This document shows positions 1 through 9,853 of a stretch of 64,000 bases of DNA, one piece after another. The notes under the pieces are model-generated. The model was not told the origin of the DNA, did not search any database, and saw nothing but the letters and a program-made list of their open reading frames with translations. A program made the position numbers and the translations under genes. Origin of the DNA: a virus (lineage: Duplodnaviria > Caudoviricetes); IMG/VR virus record IMGVR_UViG_3300020049_003954, positions 1,070-65,069 of that record. One strand, 5' to 3'. Position 1 is the stretch's first letter. Each line of letters opens with the position of its first letter.

Positions 1-1
1 G

Positions 2-2236
2 GCTGAGCTTATCGGCCTTCATTCTTGGTTCGCTTCCAGAAGCGGTAATGTTACCGTTGTGGGTAACCCCGCCATCTCAGTTAATGACCAAGTAAGACTT
101 GTCGAGAGAAACACATCTGAAACATTCATTCATTTAGTCAACTCTATTGACTCTAATCTAGATAATGATACTGGTGTTTATACTATGAGCATTGGAACTC
201 ACTGGATGGGTAGTGCTGATAACTGGGTTATCAAGACAGAGGATGAACCATCTGAATATGTTTACACTGTGATTTCAGATAACCTTAACTCTTGGCAAGC
301 CAAAACTAACAGAGGTCTGACAGGTGGTGGTGGTCAGGATGAGTCTTTGATAACTGCATCTGGTTCATTCGATAATAGCGTGACTGAAATCACTGCCATA
401 CCAGAGATGATTGTTCTCGGTGACTCGCTATCATATCTTGACTCTACTCTGAATGGTTTAACTGGGGATAGATGGCCTAACCTTCTTGAAGATTCTGGAA
501 CTGTTGTTACGGTTAAGAACGGTGCCATGTCTGGTTACACAACGCAAGACCTTGTAGATGATCCAATTGTAGATCCAGAATCTACAGACGCACTTGTAAT
601 CTTCATTGGCGCTAATGACCAGAATACATCTTTGTCTGGCGTATCTGTAAATGACTTCTCACAGAATCTTTTGACCTTGTTAGACTCTTACCCTGCCGGT
701 AGACAGCTTATTGTATTCCCTTGGCCGTGGACTGGCTATCCTTCGGGAGAGACTGACCCCGCTCCAACAGAAATCGAATATGATTCCTATGCTCAGGCTG
801 CGAAAGAAGCGGCTGCATCACGGAACATTAGATTCTTACATATGGGAGATGTTGTTGATACTCTTATGAGTAATACAGATGCAACAAACTTCGATGATTA
901 CATTGTCGATGAGATCCATCCATCTGCTTTGGGTCACCAACTCCTAGCTGATTATATTGCTAGTTCATTACACATCTCTTATGGAGATGTTTCTAACTGG
1001 TCATTCAGTGGCACCTTCAGAACTGTTGGAATTATCAACAATACTAGAATCAAGGTAGATGTTATGTCTAATCTTGGTGAGAATGTATTCATAGAAATCT
1101 TCTCTGGCTCTGATGTTATTTTTGCTGAACAGCTTAACGCTCATGGTCAAGTTTTGACAATCGGAACTCTAGGAAACGCTGGTATGGAAGAATATACATA
1201 TACCATTACAGGCACTCCAACTAATAGAGGAATGGGTAGATTAAGATTAGCTTTCGTTGGCGACGGAACAGTTGTCTCAACTGTTGACGATACGATAGTC
1301 TTCCTTGATGTTGATCTTGCGGAGCCAGAAGAGGTAACCACAATTCCAGAGCCTAGCGATCCTGATTTTGAGATTGTCCCAGGCGCAGACGTGCTGTTCG
1401 GTTGGTCAGCTAGCTCAACTAATCTTATCTCTCAGCGAATCGCAAATGGTTATTCCGAACCAGAGATTTGGAGACACTTCATTGGTGACATTCCACAAGT
1501 AAGTACAATGGCTGTAGGTGGTGGCCCCTGGGCACCGGAACTACCAGTGCATCTAAGTTTCAAGCCAAATATTTCTGGTTCAGTTTCTCTGTGGTCTACC
1601 GCTTTGGAAAACTATCTTCGTAAAGGTAAGGTAGCTGGTCAGGTTACATATGTGACTGTATGGCACGAACCGGAAAATGATCTTGATGAATCTTGGATGG
1701 CTTCTGCCTCTAACTTCCGTCGAGCTTTAAACGAGGTTACTAGAATCTGTAGAAAGCTTACAGCGGAAGGTGTAGGTAAGTTCTATAGCGCTCCTGTTAT
1801 GATGACATATACATTGAATCCTAGCAGTGGTAGAGATATTGAAGATTGGCTAGACTTAAGTTTGGTCGATTACGATATCATCGCTTGGGACCCCTACCCT
1901 AATGATCATGGATATATCCACGCTATCAATGCTACTGTCGATATGGACGCAACAACTCATGCCGACAACATTGTTGCCGCTATGGAATACTCCGACTCTG
2001 TTGGTAAACCTTGGTCAATTGCCGAGATGGGTACTGCACGTTTCCATTCAGAGATGGGTTCACTAGGAGTTTCATCTTACACTTCAACTGACCGTGCAAA
2101 TTACATGGTGGAATTCGCTAACTTCGTAAGCGGTCTAAGTAGCCCACCAGTTTATGTATGCTTGTTTACATTCGGTGAATGTAACATAGACGAAGACCCA
2201 GAGAAAACTGCTATGAACGCTATAATCGCAGGATAG
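2..2236 (+). CDS. Tail-associated protein, 5'-partial: SGNH/GDSL esterase domain plus C-terminal GH26-like glycoside hydrolase domain
   Basis: Frame open from nt 2. SGNH motifs GDSLS, GAND, DEIHPS. C-terminal clan-A-like motifs WHEPEN, AWDPYP, IAEMG. Confidence 0.7.
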   Translation, partial: AELIGLHSWFASRSGNVTVVGNPAISVNDQVRLVERNTSETFIHLVNSIDSNLDNDTGVYTMSIGTHWMGSADNWVIKTEDEPSEYVYTVISDNLNSWQAKTNRGLTGGGGQDESLITASGSFDNSVTEITAIPEMIVLGDSLSYLDSTLNGLTGDRWPNLLEDSGTVVTVKNGAMSGYTTQDLVDDPIVDPESTDALVIFIGANDQNTSLSGVSVNDFSQNLLTLLDSYPAGRQLIVFPWPWTGYPSGETDPAPTEIEYDSYAQAAKEAAASRNIRFLHMGDVVDTLMSNTDATNFDDYIVDEIHPSALGHQLLADYIASSLHISYGDVSNWSFSGTFRTVGIINNTRIKVDVMSNLGENVFIEIFSGSDVIFAEQLNAHGQVLTIGTLGNAGMEEYTYTITGTPTNRGMGRLRLAFVGDGTVVSTVDDTIVFLDVDLAEPEEVTTIPEPSDPDFEIVPGADVLFGWSASSTNLISQRIANGYSEPEIWRHFIGDIPQVSTMAVGGGPWAPELPVHLSFKPNISGSVSLWSTALENYLRKGKVAGQVTYVTVWHEPENDLDESWMASASNFRRALNEVTRICRKLTAEGVGKFYSAPVMMTYTLNPSSGRDIEDWLDLSLVDYDIIAWDPYPNDHGYIHAINATVDMDATTHADNIVAAMEYSDSVGKPWSIAEMGTARFHSEMGSLGVSSYTSTDRANYMVEFANFVSGLSSPPVYVCLFTFGECNIDEDPEKTAMNAIIAG

Positions 2237-2244
2237 GAGGAAGT

Positions 2245-2640
2245 ATGAGAAGTATAGAAGAATTTCGTAGACTAAACAGATCACTAGAGATTCGTAGAAA
2301 TGATCTACAGTCTACTGCTGCTGATGTCACCGTATGTACCACTAGAATTAAGATCAATAACGCTGGTGAAGCCTACGCTGACTTCATGTTTCCATGTAGA
2401 TATGCTCAACTACCCAGTATTAACTTCGGTTTTGAGATGCAATCTACACCTGCGACTGGTAAGATGCCAGTGTTTGCTGGTTCAGTTGATGAATGGTATG
2501 CATCAGAAAGACTCCCAAGTTCAAGACTCTACAAAGGAGCGAGACTTCTTATCTCTTCTGAGTCAACAGAGACTATCAGCTTTATTGTTGTTGCTACTGC
2601 TACCGGCATAGCCTTCAGCGGCCCAATGGAAAGAGACTAA
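2245..2640 (+). CDS. Hypothetical protein, likely minor tail/structural
   Basis: 131 aa, RBS GGAGG, tightly coupled to neighbours. Confidence 0.65.
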   Translation: MRSIEEFRRLNRSLEIRRNDLQSTAADVTVCTTRIKINNAGEAYADFMFPCRYAQLPSINFGFEMQSTPATGKMPVFAGSVDEWYASERLPSSRLYKGARLLISSESTETISFIVVATATGIAFSGPMERD

Positions 2641-2641
2641 A

Positions 2642-3040
2642 ATGACAAGATATATAGCTACAGAAGTAGAGAACCCTATTCAGTCAAATAAAAGAGATCC
2701 TAGAGCGGCTGTTATTCCTCCATTTTCTTTCGTTGGAGAGTTAGAGATTGGTGTTTCTGGTTACTGGTATCCCACTTCTACAATGGAGCTTCAGAGAGCT
2801 TCTATCTCTGCTAGCGGCGCTGGAACTGCAACTGCTGTTATTAGTATTCTCAAACAGGAACCTCTTGTACCCGACCCATTTGTGTTAGGTACGATTAGTC
2901 TAGCGGCTACTCAAACTAAAAGAGTTTTCTGGATGAATAATGTTGTGGTTACTCCATATGATAAAATATTTATCATGAGTGCCGTTGATTCTGGACACAC
3001 AGGTTTCGTTGTTCAGCTAACTGGTGTATTAATGTCTTGA
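2642..3040 (+). CDS. Hypothetical protein, likely minor tail/structural
   Basis: 132 aa beta-rich ORF, coupled to the upstream gene. Confidence 0.65.
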   Translation: MTRYIATEVENPIQSNKRDPRAAVIPPFSFVGELEIGVSGYWYPTSTMELQRASISASGAGTATAVISILKQEPLVPDPFVLGTISLAATQTKRVFWMNNVVVTPYDKIFIMSAVDSGHTGFVVQLTGVLMS

Positions 3041-3065
3041 TTTTGTGACAGGGTTGTGCTATAAT
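3037..3065 (+). promoter_or_regulatory. Sigma70/SigA-type promoter
   Basis: TTGATT-17-TATAAT with TGTGC extended -10; ATG 6 nt after the -10 (near-leaderless). Confidence 0.75.
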
Positions 3066-3071
3066 AGACGT

Positions 3072-3518
3072 ATGGAGATAAAACAAAAGCTTGCCAAAAG
3101 ATTAAAGAATGCAACAGAGGCAGATATTGATCTGATTGTGAACATCATCAACAAGTATGATCTTGATGTTTCAGTTAGGAATTTTGATAATCATGGTCTG
3201 TTTTTCCTTGACGGTTCTAGCACTGTGAGGGTCATGAACGGTCAGTTGAGAGACAGATCTGTTCACATCAAGCATCCTTACTCGGATATAGTTATAGTTT
3301 ACTCTGATGGCCTTTTGGCAGGGTGGACTACTCGTGACAAGTTAGACGATCTAGAAGATAGAGTCTCTATTGATATTAAAAGCTTAAACCCCATGCCCGA
3401 TTCTTTCTCATTCAAACAAACATGCGCTCACTTATCTGAGCATGGTGGTTTTTATGATGGAGAGTTTTGGGAGTGTGCGGGTTGTCAACAAAGATTGGTA
3501 TTTAATGATAAGGTGTAA
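3072..3518 (+). CDS. Hypothetical protein with C-terminal Cys/His cluster
   Basis: ORF 3045..3518; start moved to ATG 3072 downstream of the promoter. Confidence 0.7.
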   Translation: MEIKQKLAKRLKNATEADIDLIVNIINKYDLDVSVRNFDNHGLFFLDGSSTVRVMNGQLRDRSVHIKHPYSDIVIVYSDGLLAGWTTRDKLDDLEDRVSIDIKSLNPMPDSFSFKQTCAHLSEHGGFYDGEFWECAGCQQRLVFNDKV

Positions 3519-3521
3519 AGA

Positions 3522-3755
3522 GTGAAAGAGTTCCCAATATTGATGAAGTTCTTAAGAGAAAGATCTGATGTATCTGCACGTCATCTATCCTCTGCTTCTG
3601 ACCTATCTCTATCATATATCTCCAAGATGGAGAAGGGGCAGGTAATGCCCACAGTAGAAGTCTTTGCTAAGATCGTAAGAAATTTAGATATTAGTGACGC
3701 AGAAATAATATACTTAATTAAAAATCTAGCAGAGGGAGAAGCTGATCAAGTTTAG
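3522..3755 (+). CDS. XRE-family helix-turn-helix protein
   Basis: LS..YISKMEKG..MPT motif. Confidence 0.8.
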   Translation: MKEFPILMKFLRERSDVSARHLSSASDLSLSYISKMEKGQVMPTVEVFAKIVRNLDISDAEIIYLIKNLAEGEADQV

Positions 3756-3777
3756 TAGTAGTCAACTTAAGACGTGG

Positions 3778-5553
3778 ATGGATTGTAGCTTACAAGCGAA
3801 GTTCGGTTACATAGATAAAATACCTCAGTCATCTGGTTCCGCAGCAGTGTATGGTTCAGCGGTTCATGAGGCTATTGACTCCTATCATAAGGGTAAAAGC
3901 TTAGATGAGGCAGTAGAAGTATTCAGAAACTATATGAATAACAATGAGCCAGACTACTGGAATAGAATGACTTCATTCACTAGCTACATGGACCAGGGAC
4001 CAAAGATGATAGCTGACTATATTGATCAGCGTAAGTGGTCCACTACAGATGTTGTAGCCTCTGAATTTAGATTCATGGTTCCCTTCGGAGAGCATCAGAT
4101 TTCTGGTATTGTGGACATTCTAGAGCTGAGTCACGATCATTCCCTTATGAAGATCGTAGACTTAAAGACTGGTAAGCGTCCTATCATGGATGCCTTACAT
4201 TTGAATATCCAGTTCTGTGTTGATCCTAGTACGGAAATTTTAACTAGAAGAGGTTGGAAAACTTACAATGAATTAACTATAGGCGAAGAAGTTTTAACTA
4301 TTAATCATGAGACGGGTGAAGGAGAATGGCAACCGTTAATAGATGTACATACATTTGATGCAGTAAACCAAGAATTAGTTTCTTTTGAGGGTTATGGACA
4401 TTCTTCTCTTACAACTAAAAACCATCGTTGGCCCGTAATTCACACTATCTCAAGTAAAAAAGGTTGGCGTAAGGAAAAGAGGTTTAAAGAGTCTGATGAA
4501 TTGTATTGTGATGATAGGATTATTGGTTCTGCTTTAGTAAAAAATTTGCCCTTTGACTCACTCTACTCGGATGAGCTTGTGGAACTTCTGGCATGGATTT
4601 GGACAGAAGGAAATCTACGTCAAGATGGAACATTCTGTTTCTCTCAATCTGAGACTGTCAATCTAGAGAATGTATTAAGGATAAGACAATTACTAGAAAA
4701 GATTTATGGTCCAGAATCTGAATCATTGAGAGGTAAAATTTATTCTACATGGAGAGAATCCAAAGATTCTGATTGTAGTCGATTTTATCTTAATAAGTCA
4801 GCTTCAGAAGATTTATATAAATACTTTTACAATATGAAATTAAAAATTATTGATTATAATTTTATAAACTCCTTAACCTTTAAACAGTTGCATTTATTTA
4901 TTGATACATCAATATTAGCAGATGGAAGTGAGCAGAATTATAGAGTTATAACTCAAAAAGAAAAGGCTAGACTAGATGTACTTCAAATGGCTTGTTCACT
5001 TGTTGGTATTAGAACATCTTTAACTAAGGAGAATATTAAAAGTAATGGAGATTATAATGGATGGGAATTTTGGAGACTTTCTTTAAAGGAAAAAGATAAC
5101 TTATATGTTCCTTCTAAAAAGAAAAAACAGTATGTGAATTATACTGGCATTGTTTGGTGCCCAAGGACTCAGAATCAGACTTGGTATGCCAGAAGAAATG
5201 GCCAAGTTTATTTTACTGGCAATACTATTTATGAGTGGGCTTCACATCAGAAGGAATTCTGGTGCGGACACCCAGACGAACCAGGGAAATACGCTGGCTT
5301 TGAGAATGGTGAAGAATTATATGAACACTACAAAAGCATTGAGCGTAAAGCTTATTGGTATGACCTGAAGAAGCAGGAAGAAATCTATGTTGGTCCTCGT
5401 TCTATGAAGGACTATGCTAGGTTATATAGAGTCTGTGAGCAGGTTGCTCGTGCGGTTGAGCATGAGGTATTCGTGCCAGCAATCAATGAGAACACTTGTG
5501 TATGGTGCCCCTATCAGGATATCTGTCCTATGTATTTTGAAGCTGATGAGTAG
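3778..5553 (+). CDS. Cas4/RecB-like PD-(D/E)xK exonuclease containing an intein
   Basis: GSAVHEAI, GIVD, IVDLKTG motifs; C-terminal CVWCPYQDIC Fe-S-type cysteines. Confidence 0.85.
   Translation: MDCSLQAKFGYIDKIPQSSGSAAVYGSAVHEAIDSYHKGKSLDEAVEVFRNYMNNNEPDYWNRMTSFTSYMDQGPKMIADYIDQRKWSTTDVVASEFRFMVPFGEHQISGIVDILELSHDHSLMKIVDLKTGKRPIMDALHLNIQFCVDPSTEILTRRGWKTYNELTIGEEVLTINHETGEGEWQPLIDVHTFDAVNQELVSFEGYGHSSLTTKNHRWPVIHTISSKKGWRKEKRFKESDELYCDDRIIGSALVKNLPFDSLYSDELVELLAWIWTEGNLRQDGTFCFSQSETVNLENVLRIRQLLEKIYGPESESLRGKIYSTWRESKDSDCSRFYLNKSASEDLYKYFYNMKLKIIDYNFINSLTFKQLHLFIDTSILADGSEQNYRVITQKEKARLDVLQMACSLVGIRTSLTKENIKSNGDYNGWEFWRLSLKEKDNLYVPSKKKKQYVNYTGIVWCPRTQNQTWYARRNGQVYFTGNTIYEWASHQKEFWCGHPDEPGKYAGFENGEELYEHYKSIERKAYWYDLKKQEEIYVGPRSMKDYARLYRVCEQVARAVEHEVFVPAINENTCVWCPYQDICPMYFEADE
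4216..5223 (+). mobile_element. Intein (336 aa) with LAGLIDADG-type endonuclease
   Basis: Begins CVDPSTEILT, ends YFTGN, +1 Thr. LAGLIDADG-like blocks LLAWIWTEG and FIDTSILADG. AT-richer than the exteins. Confidence 0.9.
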
Positions 5554-5737
5554 AAAACAGATCAACATACAACTGAATATGCGTCCTAAGAACATTCACG
5601 TTTCAAATGGAAATTACGAAGTGAATATATTTTTGGAAGAAGAACTTGCAATTACTCTTCCGGTGTGCTATAATAGTTATGTAGAGGCGGAACTTGCCGC
5701 CAGAGAATTTGTATTGGAGAAACTTAGAAGTGAGTGA
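5546..5737 (+). CDS. Hypothetical protein (63 aa)
   Basis: ATG overlaps the upstream stop; in frame with ORF 5414..5737. Confidence 0.55.
   Translation: MSRKQINIQLNMRPKNIHVSNGNYEVNIFLEEELAITLPVCYNSYVEAELAAREFVLEKLRSE
5646..5674 (+). promoter_or_regulatory. Sigma70/SigA-type promoter
   Basis: TTGCAA-17-TATAAT with TGTGC extension, same as the promoter at 3037. Confidence 0.65.
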
Positions 5738-6560
5738 AATAGTAATCAAAAAAGCAGGAGCCGATCAATTCAGTCCTTACATTAGAGCACTGATTGTCGG
5801 AGATACAGGAAGTGGTAAAACATCTTACGCAACCACATTCCCAAACCCAACCTTTATTACTACAGGTAAAAACCTAACGACCCTAGCTAGAAATGAATCA
5901 AGCTATATCCAGATCGCAAATGAGAATGATCTGTTTAATGTGAAGGTTGCTCTAGACAAGGGCGAATTTACAACTGACACTCTAGTCATTGATATGGTTG
6001 AAGACCTACAAGATATTCTTTTCAAGCAGAGATTTGCTGCTGAGAAACGTGATCCCTGGAACGTCAAAAACGAAGACTGGAACTGGCTTGGCGCTAAGAT
6101 GAATGGAATATTTGAGTCACTTAGCGAGTTACCTGTCCACATCCTTTATCTATCCAGAACCAAAGACGTGGGTGGATATGATGGAGAGCAGTTAGTTGTT
6201 AAGCCTAGTGTCATCGGTAGCTTTGCTAACCAGATTTATAACTATGTAGACTACGCTCTGTTCCTAGAACGTCGTGGTCCAGTAGAACCAGAGAGTGAGT
6301 TCGAAGAGAAAACATTCCTCAGAACACGTCCATCAGTTAAGTACCCTTGGGTAAATGACAAGACAGATTCGCTACCTAATTTCTCTGAGTTCTATTTCTC
6401 AGAGTTCTTAAAGTCAAGAGAAATCTCCATCCAGAAATCGGATGAAAAAGTTCTGGAAGTTGATCTTCTAGAACCTGTAACAGATGCACCAAATAAGGAT
6501 ACGGAAGTACCCGGTATGTCTAAGCAGGACAAGATAGCAAAAATGCTAAAACAACAATGA
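5730..6560 (+). CDS. AAA-family ATPase (AAA_24/Sak4-like recombination protein)
   Basis: Walker A GDTGSGKT, Walker B-like LVIDM; sits between the nuclease and the SSB-like gene. Confidence 0.8.
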   Translation: MSEIVIKKAGADQFSPYIRALIVGDTGSGKTSYATTFPNPTFITTGKNLTTLARNESSYIQIANENDLFNVKVALDKGEFTTDTLVIDMVEDLQDILFKQRFAAEKRDPWNVKNEDWNWLGAKMNGIFESLSELPVHILYLSRTKDVGGYDGEQLVVKPSVIGSFANQIYNYVDYALFLERRGPVEPESEFEEKTFLRTRPSVKYPWVNDKTDSLPNFSEFYFSEFLKSREISIQKSDEKVLEVDLLEPVTDAPNKDTEVPGMSKQDKIAKMLKQQ

Positions 6561-6598
6561 GTCCACTGAGACTTTAAACAAACACAATAAGGAGAATA

Positions 6599-7108
6599 AT
6601 GCCAGCATTAACAGTAAATAACACAGAGCCAACAGATTCCGCTACAGGATTCAAACAGAAGTCAAGTAATGACTTCCCCGCAATTCAGGAAGGTGTTTAC
6701 GAGGCAGAGGTTGCTCGTATGCAGTACCGTAGTAAGGCAGAATTTGAGGCAGAGGGTAAAACTTGGCCTGCCTGGAAAAAGCACGATGCCGAAATCAACA
6801 TTGGTTTTAGATTGATTGATCAGTCTATCACTAAGGGTTGGTTCTGGTTAGAAGCACCTTTCGCTGAACTCAACAGCCAGGAAGGAACAAAGCTTCGTAT
6901 CGTTCTACAGGAACTAACTGGTTTCGACAAACTACCAGAGACATTTGTATTCGATACAGATGAGCTAGAAGAGTTTGTTGGTTTTGATTGCCGCCTACGC
7001 ATCAATTACTACTTCCATAGCAAGACAGGTGAAGCCAAGAACAGCGTGAGAGAGGTTCTTCGCTCACTCAACGCTACAGGCTATACTGACGCATCAGATA
7101 TCTTCTGA
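6599..7108 (+). CDS. Putative ssDNA-binding protein (DUF669-like)
   Basis: EGVYEAEV motif, OB-like strands, acidic C-terminus ending in DIF, gene context. Confidence 0.65.
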   Translation: MPALTVNNTEPTDSATGFKQKSSNDFPAIQEGVYEAEVARMQYRSKAEFEAEGKTWPAWKKHDAEINIGFRLIDQSITKGWFWLEAPFAELNSQEGTKLRIVLQELTGFDKLPETFVFDTDELEEFVGFDCRLRINYYFHSKTGEAKNSVREVLRSLNATGYTDASDIF

Positions 7109-7141
7109 TCCTTCTTTACCCATTGTTAGCTGTATTGTAAT

Positions 7142-7171
7142 GATGGGATGCTGCTTCGGTGGCATCCCATC
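7142..7171 (+). terminator. Hairpin (terminator or RNA-stability element)
   Basis: GATGGGATGCTGC-TTCG-GTGGCATCCCATC; weak U tail. Confidence 0.55.
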
Positions 7172-7192
7172 TAACATTTAGGAAGGATTACG

Positions 7193-9853
7193 TTGGATAT
7201 CAGAGAGTATCTGGAAGAAAAAGAATGTAAAATAAGAGAAAGAGGCAGTGATCACATTTCCACACATTGTTTCTTTTGTGACGAAGACACAAACAAAGCG
7301 GGAAGACTATACATAAACGTAGATGAATCTAATGAAGAAAAGTATGGCGTCTTCTTCTGTTTCTTGTGCCAAGCTAAAGGTGGAATCAATACTATTAGAG
7401 AGCATTTCGGTGATGCTCCAATCAAGAACGACTATGTATTTACCTCCAATCCAATTGTTGAGGTAGCCGCTAGATACTATCAGGACAAATTACTAGAGAA
7501 CCCAGAAGCATATAAGTATCTCACAGAGAAGCGTGGATTGTTTGATGAAACAATTACTCAGGCTAGAGTGGGTTGGGCTGATGGAGGGCTAGTACATCAT
7601 CTACTCCAAAAAGGATTCACGGCTGAAGATATTCAGTCTACTCGCCTTGTCAATAAATATGGTGAAGATCATTTCAAGAACGAGATTATCTTCCCCTACT
7701 TAGAGCATGGCGTAGCTATCTCCTTAAGAGGTAAAAAGATAGGTGGAATCACTCGCAGCACTCCCGGTCCACTTCCAATCCCCTATGGTATTGATACCTT
7801 GATAGGTGAGGAAACCGTTACTGCTGCTGAGGGTGAGATAGACCAGCTAACACTATGGCAAATGGGCTACCCAGCTATAGGACTCCCAGGGGTTATGACC
7901 TTCAAGGATGAATGGGAAGAGTATCTAGACGAAGCGAAGAGAATTTATATCCTGTTTGATCAGGATAAAGCTGGCAAGGCTGGTGCTGAGAAGTTAGCTT
8001 CACGTCTTGGTCCACGCACTAGAGTTGTTGAGCTTCCTAAAAAGGGAATTGATGTCAACGATTACTACGTTAAGTACGGCAAGGAAAGAGATGACTTTGA
8101 ATACCTTATGCGTAAGTCTAAGGGCGGTCTTCTTGTATCTGTGGAAGAGGCTTATGAACGCTGGTTAGAGGTGGAAGGTAACCCTGATCTTAAGGGACTA
8201 CAGTTAAACATTCCACGTCTAGATGAGGCTATGAGTTTTGGTCTACTCCCAGGTCAGGTTCTTACAATGCTTGCGAGAACTAACTGTCTAGCTGGCGATA
8301 CTGATCTTATAGTTAATCGTGCTGGTAAGAGTTTTCATATAACAATTGAAGAATTAGTATATAAAATTCATGGTGGAAAGTCAAAACTAGGCAAGGTTTG
8401 GGATAAAAATATTCCAACTAAAATTCAGCGTCGAGCAGACGATGGAAGCGTCAGGCTGGTTGAGATTAGTGACGCTTGGTGTTCTGGGGTTAAGGAAGTT
8501 TATAGACTCTCAACAGTATCAGGGAGGGAAATTAAAGCCACTAATCAACATCCCTTCTTAACTGATATTGGATATGTAAAACTATATGATCTTAGCCCAG
8601 GTGATATGGTTTATGTAAATGTTGGCAAAGGTAAGTCTAACGCTTCTGAACGTAAGTATAAAGCTAAATCTGGTTTACATCACCATCCTTATAGAACAAA
8701 AAGAAAGGTTTATCCTGGCAATTTGGCCGAAAAGAGTACGGTTCAATTGCATAGATTAATCGCTGAAGCAGAATTTAATGGTTTAGAATTAGAAGATTTT
8801 CTAGAATATTGCCGTAGCGGTCCTGTTGATAATTTGACTTTTATAAACCCAGCTACTCATGTAGTCCATCATATTGATGAAGATCACACAAATAATGAGT
8901 TATCAAATTTAAGTGTTTTAACTCATGAAGAGCATAATATTATACATGATTATTTTACTAATAATGTATTAGATAGAACTGAACTTGATGAAATTGCTAG
9001 TATTGAATATTTAGGAGAGGAAGTTACTTACGACATTGAGGTTATAGATGATCCACATAATTTTATTGCTAATGAATTTGTGGTCCATAATTCTGGTAAG
9101 ACGGTTATGAGTATTAACTACTTTGAGCGTATGCGTATGCTATATCCAGACATCAAGATTCTTTACATGTCTCTAGAGCAGACTAGAAATGAGTGGTTCG
9201 AAAGAGCCTATCGTATTCATAATTTCTATCACCCAGGCTCTAGTGTTATGGATACTATTAATTTCTGGGGAAACAACTTCCACATCGTAGACAAGAACAG
9301 AATCAACGAGAGTCAGTTAGTTGACTCTATTGAGCAGTTCAGTTACGAGACTGATGGTGTCCCAGACCTTATCTGTATTGATTACCTTGGCTACTATGCC
9401 AAAGGTTTCGGTGGTACTGAGTATGATCAGGTAACAAATGCTATCATGGGTATCAAAGCTATCGCTAAGGAATTCCAGACAGTGATCTATGTTCCTCATC
9501 AGGCGAATCGTTCAGGTGACTTTGGTAAGGAACCCAAGATGGATGAGGGTCGTGGTGGTGGCACAGTTGAAGAGACTTCAGATGTATTCATTACTCTATG
9601 GAATCCAGATCAGGCTAACCAAGATGGTGAAGAGCAGGTAAATCGTGGCGAGGTATTCCAGAGAATTAGAAAGTCACGCCAGGGTGGAGTAGGTGCTTCA
9701 GCTAGATACCAGTTCGCTCCATTAACACTTGCAATGTGCCCCATAGATGATGTATTATATGAGCGGGCACTAGATGAGCGCCAGTACGCAATGGCTGGTG
9801 ACAGTTGGAAGGAAGCCGTATTGAGACATAAGAACAAAGTTACGGAGATATAA
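7193..9853 (+). CDS. Primase-helicase fusion (Zn finger + TOPRIM + DnaB-like) containing an intein
   Basis: CFFC/CFLC Zn finger; TOPRIM EGEID and LFDQD; spliced Walker A ARTN|SGKT; CIDYL; HQANR. Confidence 0.9.
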   Translation: MDIREYLEEKECKIRERGSDHISTHCFFCDEDTNKAGRLYINVDESNEEKYGVFFCFLCQAKGGINTIREHFGDAPIKNDYVFTSNPIVEVAARYYQDKLLENPEAYKYLTEKRGLFDETITQARVGWADGGLVHHLLQKGFTAEDIQSTRLVNKYGEDHFKNEIIFPYLEHGVAISLRGKKIGGITRSTPGPLPIPYGIDTLIGEETVTAAEGEIDQLTLWQMGYPAIGLPGVMTFKDEWEEYLDEAKRIYILFDQDKAGKAGAEKLASRLGPRTRVVELPKKGIDVNDYYVKYGKERDDFEYLMRKSKGGLLVSVEEAYERWLEVEGNPDLKGLQLNIPRLDEAMSFGLLPGQVLTMLARTNCLAGDTDLIVNRAGKSFHITIEELVYKIHGGKSKLGKVWDKNIPTKIQRRADDGSVRLVEISDAWCSGVKEVYRLSTVSGREIKATNQHPFLTDIGYVKLYDLSPGDMVYVNVGKGKSNASERKYKAKSGLHHHPYRTKRKVYPGNLAEKSTVQLHRLIAEAEFNGLELEDFLEYCRSGPVDNLTFINPATHVVHHIDEDHTNNELSNLSVLTHEEHNIIHDYFTNNVLDRTELDEIASIEYLGEEVTYDIEVIDDPHNFIANEFVVHNSGKTVMSINYFERMRMLYPDIKILYMSLEQTRNEWFERAYRIHNFYHPGSSVMDTINFWGNNFHIVDKNRINESQLVDSIEQFSYETDGVPDLICIDYLGYYAKGFGGTEYDQVTNAIMGIKAIAKEFQTVIYVPHQANRSGDFGKEPKMDEGRGGGTVEETSDVFITLWNPDQANQDGEEQVNRGEVFQRIRKSRQGGVGASARYQFAPLTLAMCPIDDVLYERALDERQYAMAGDSWKEAVLRHKNKVTEI
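8285..9091 (+). mobile_element. Intein (269 aa) carrying an HNH endonuclease
   Basis: Begins CLAGDT, ends FVVHN, +1 Ser; HNH core VHHIDEDHTNNELSNL..H. Confidence 0.9.

Noticed and set aside
3778-5553. Cas4 as part of a CRISPR-Cas locus
   Set aside because: No cas1/cas2 or repeat array; it sits in a nuclease-ATPase-SSB recombination module typical of phages
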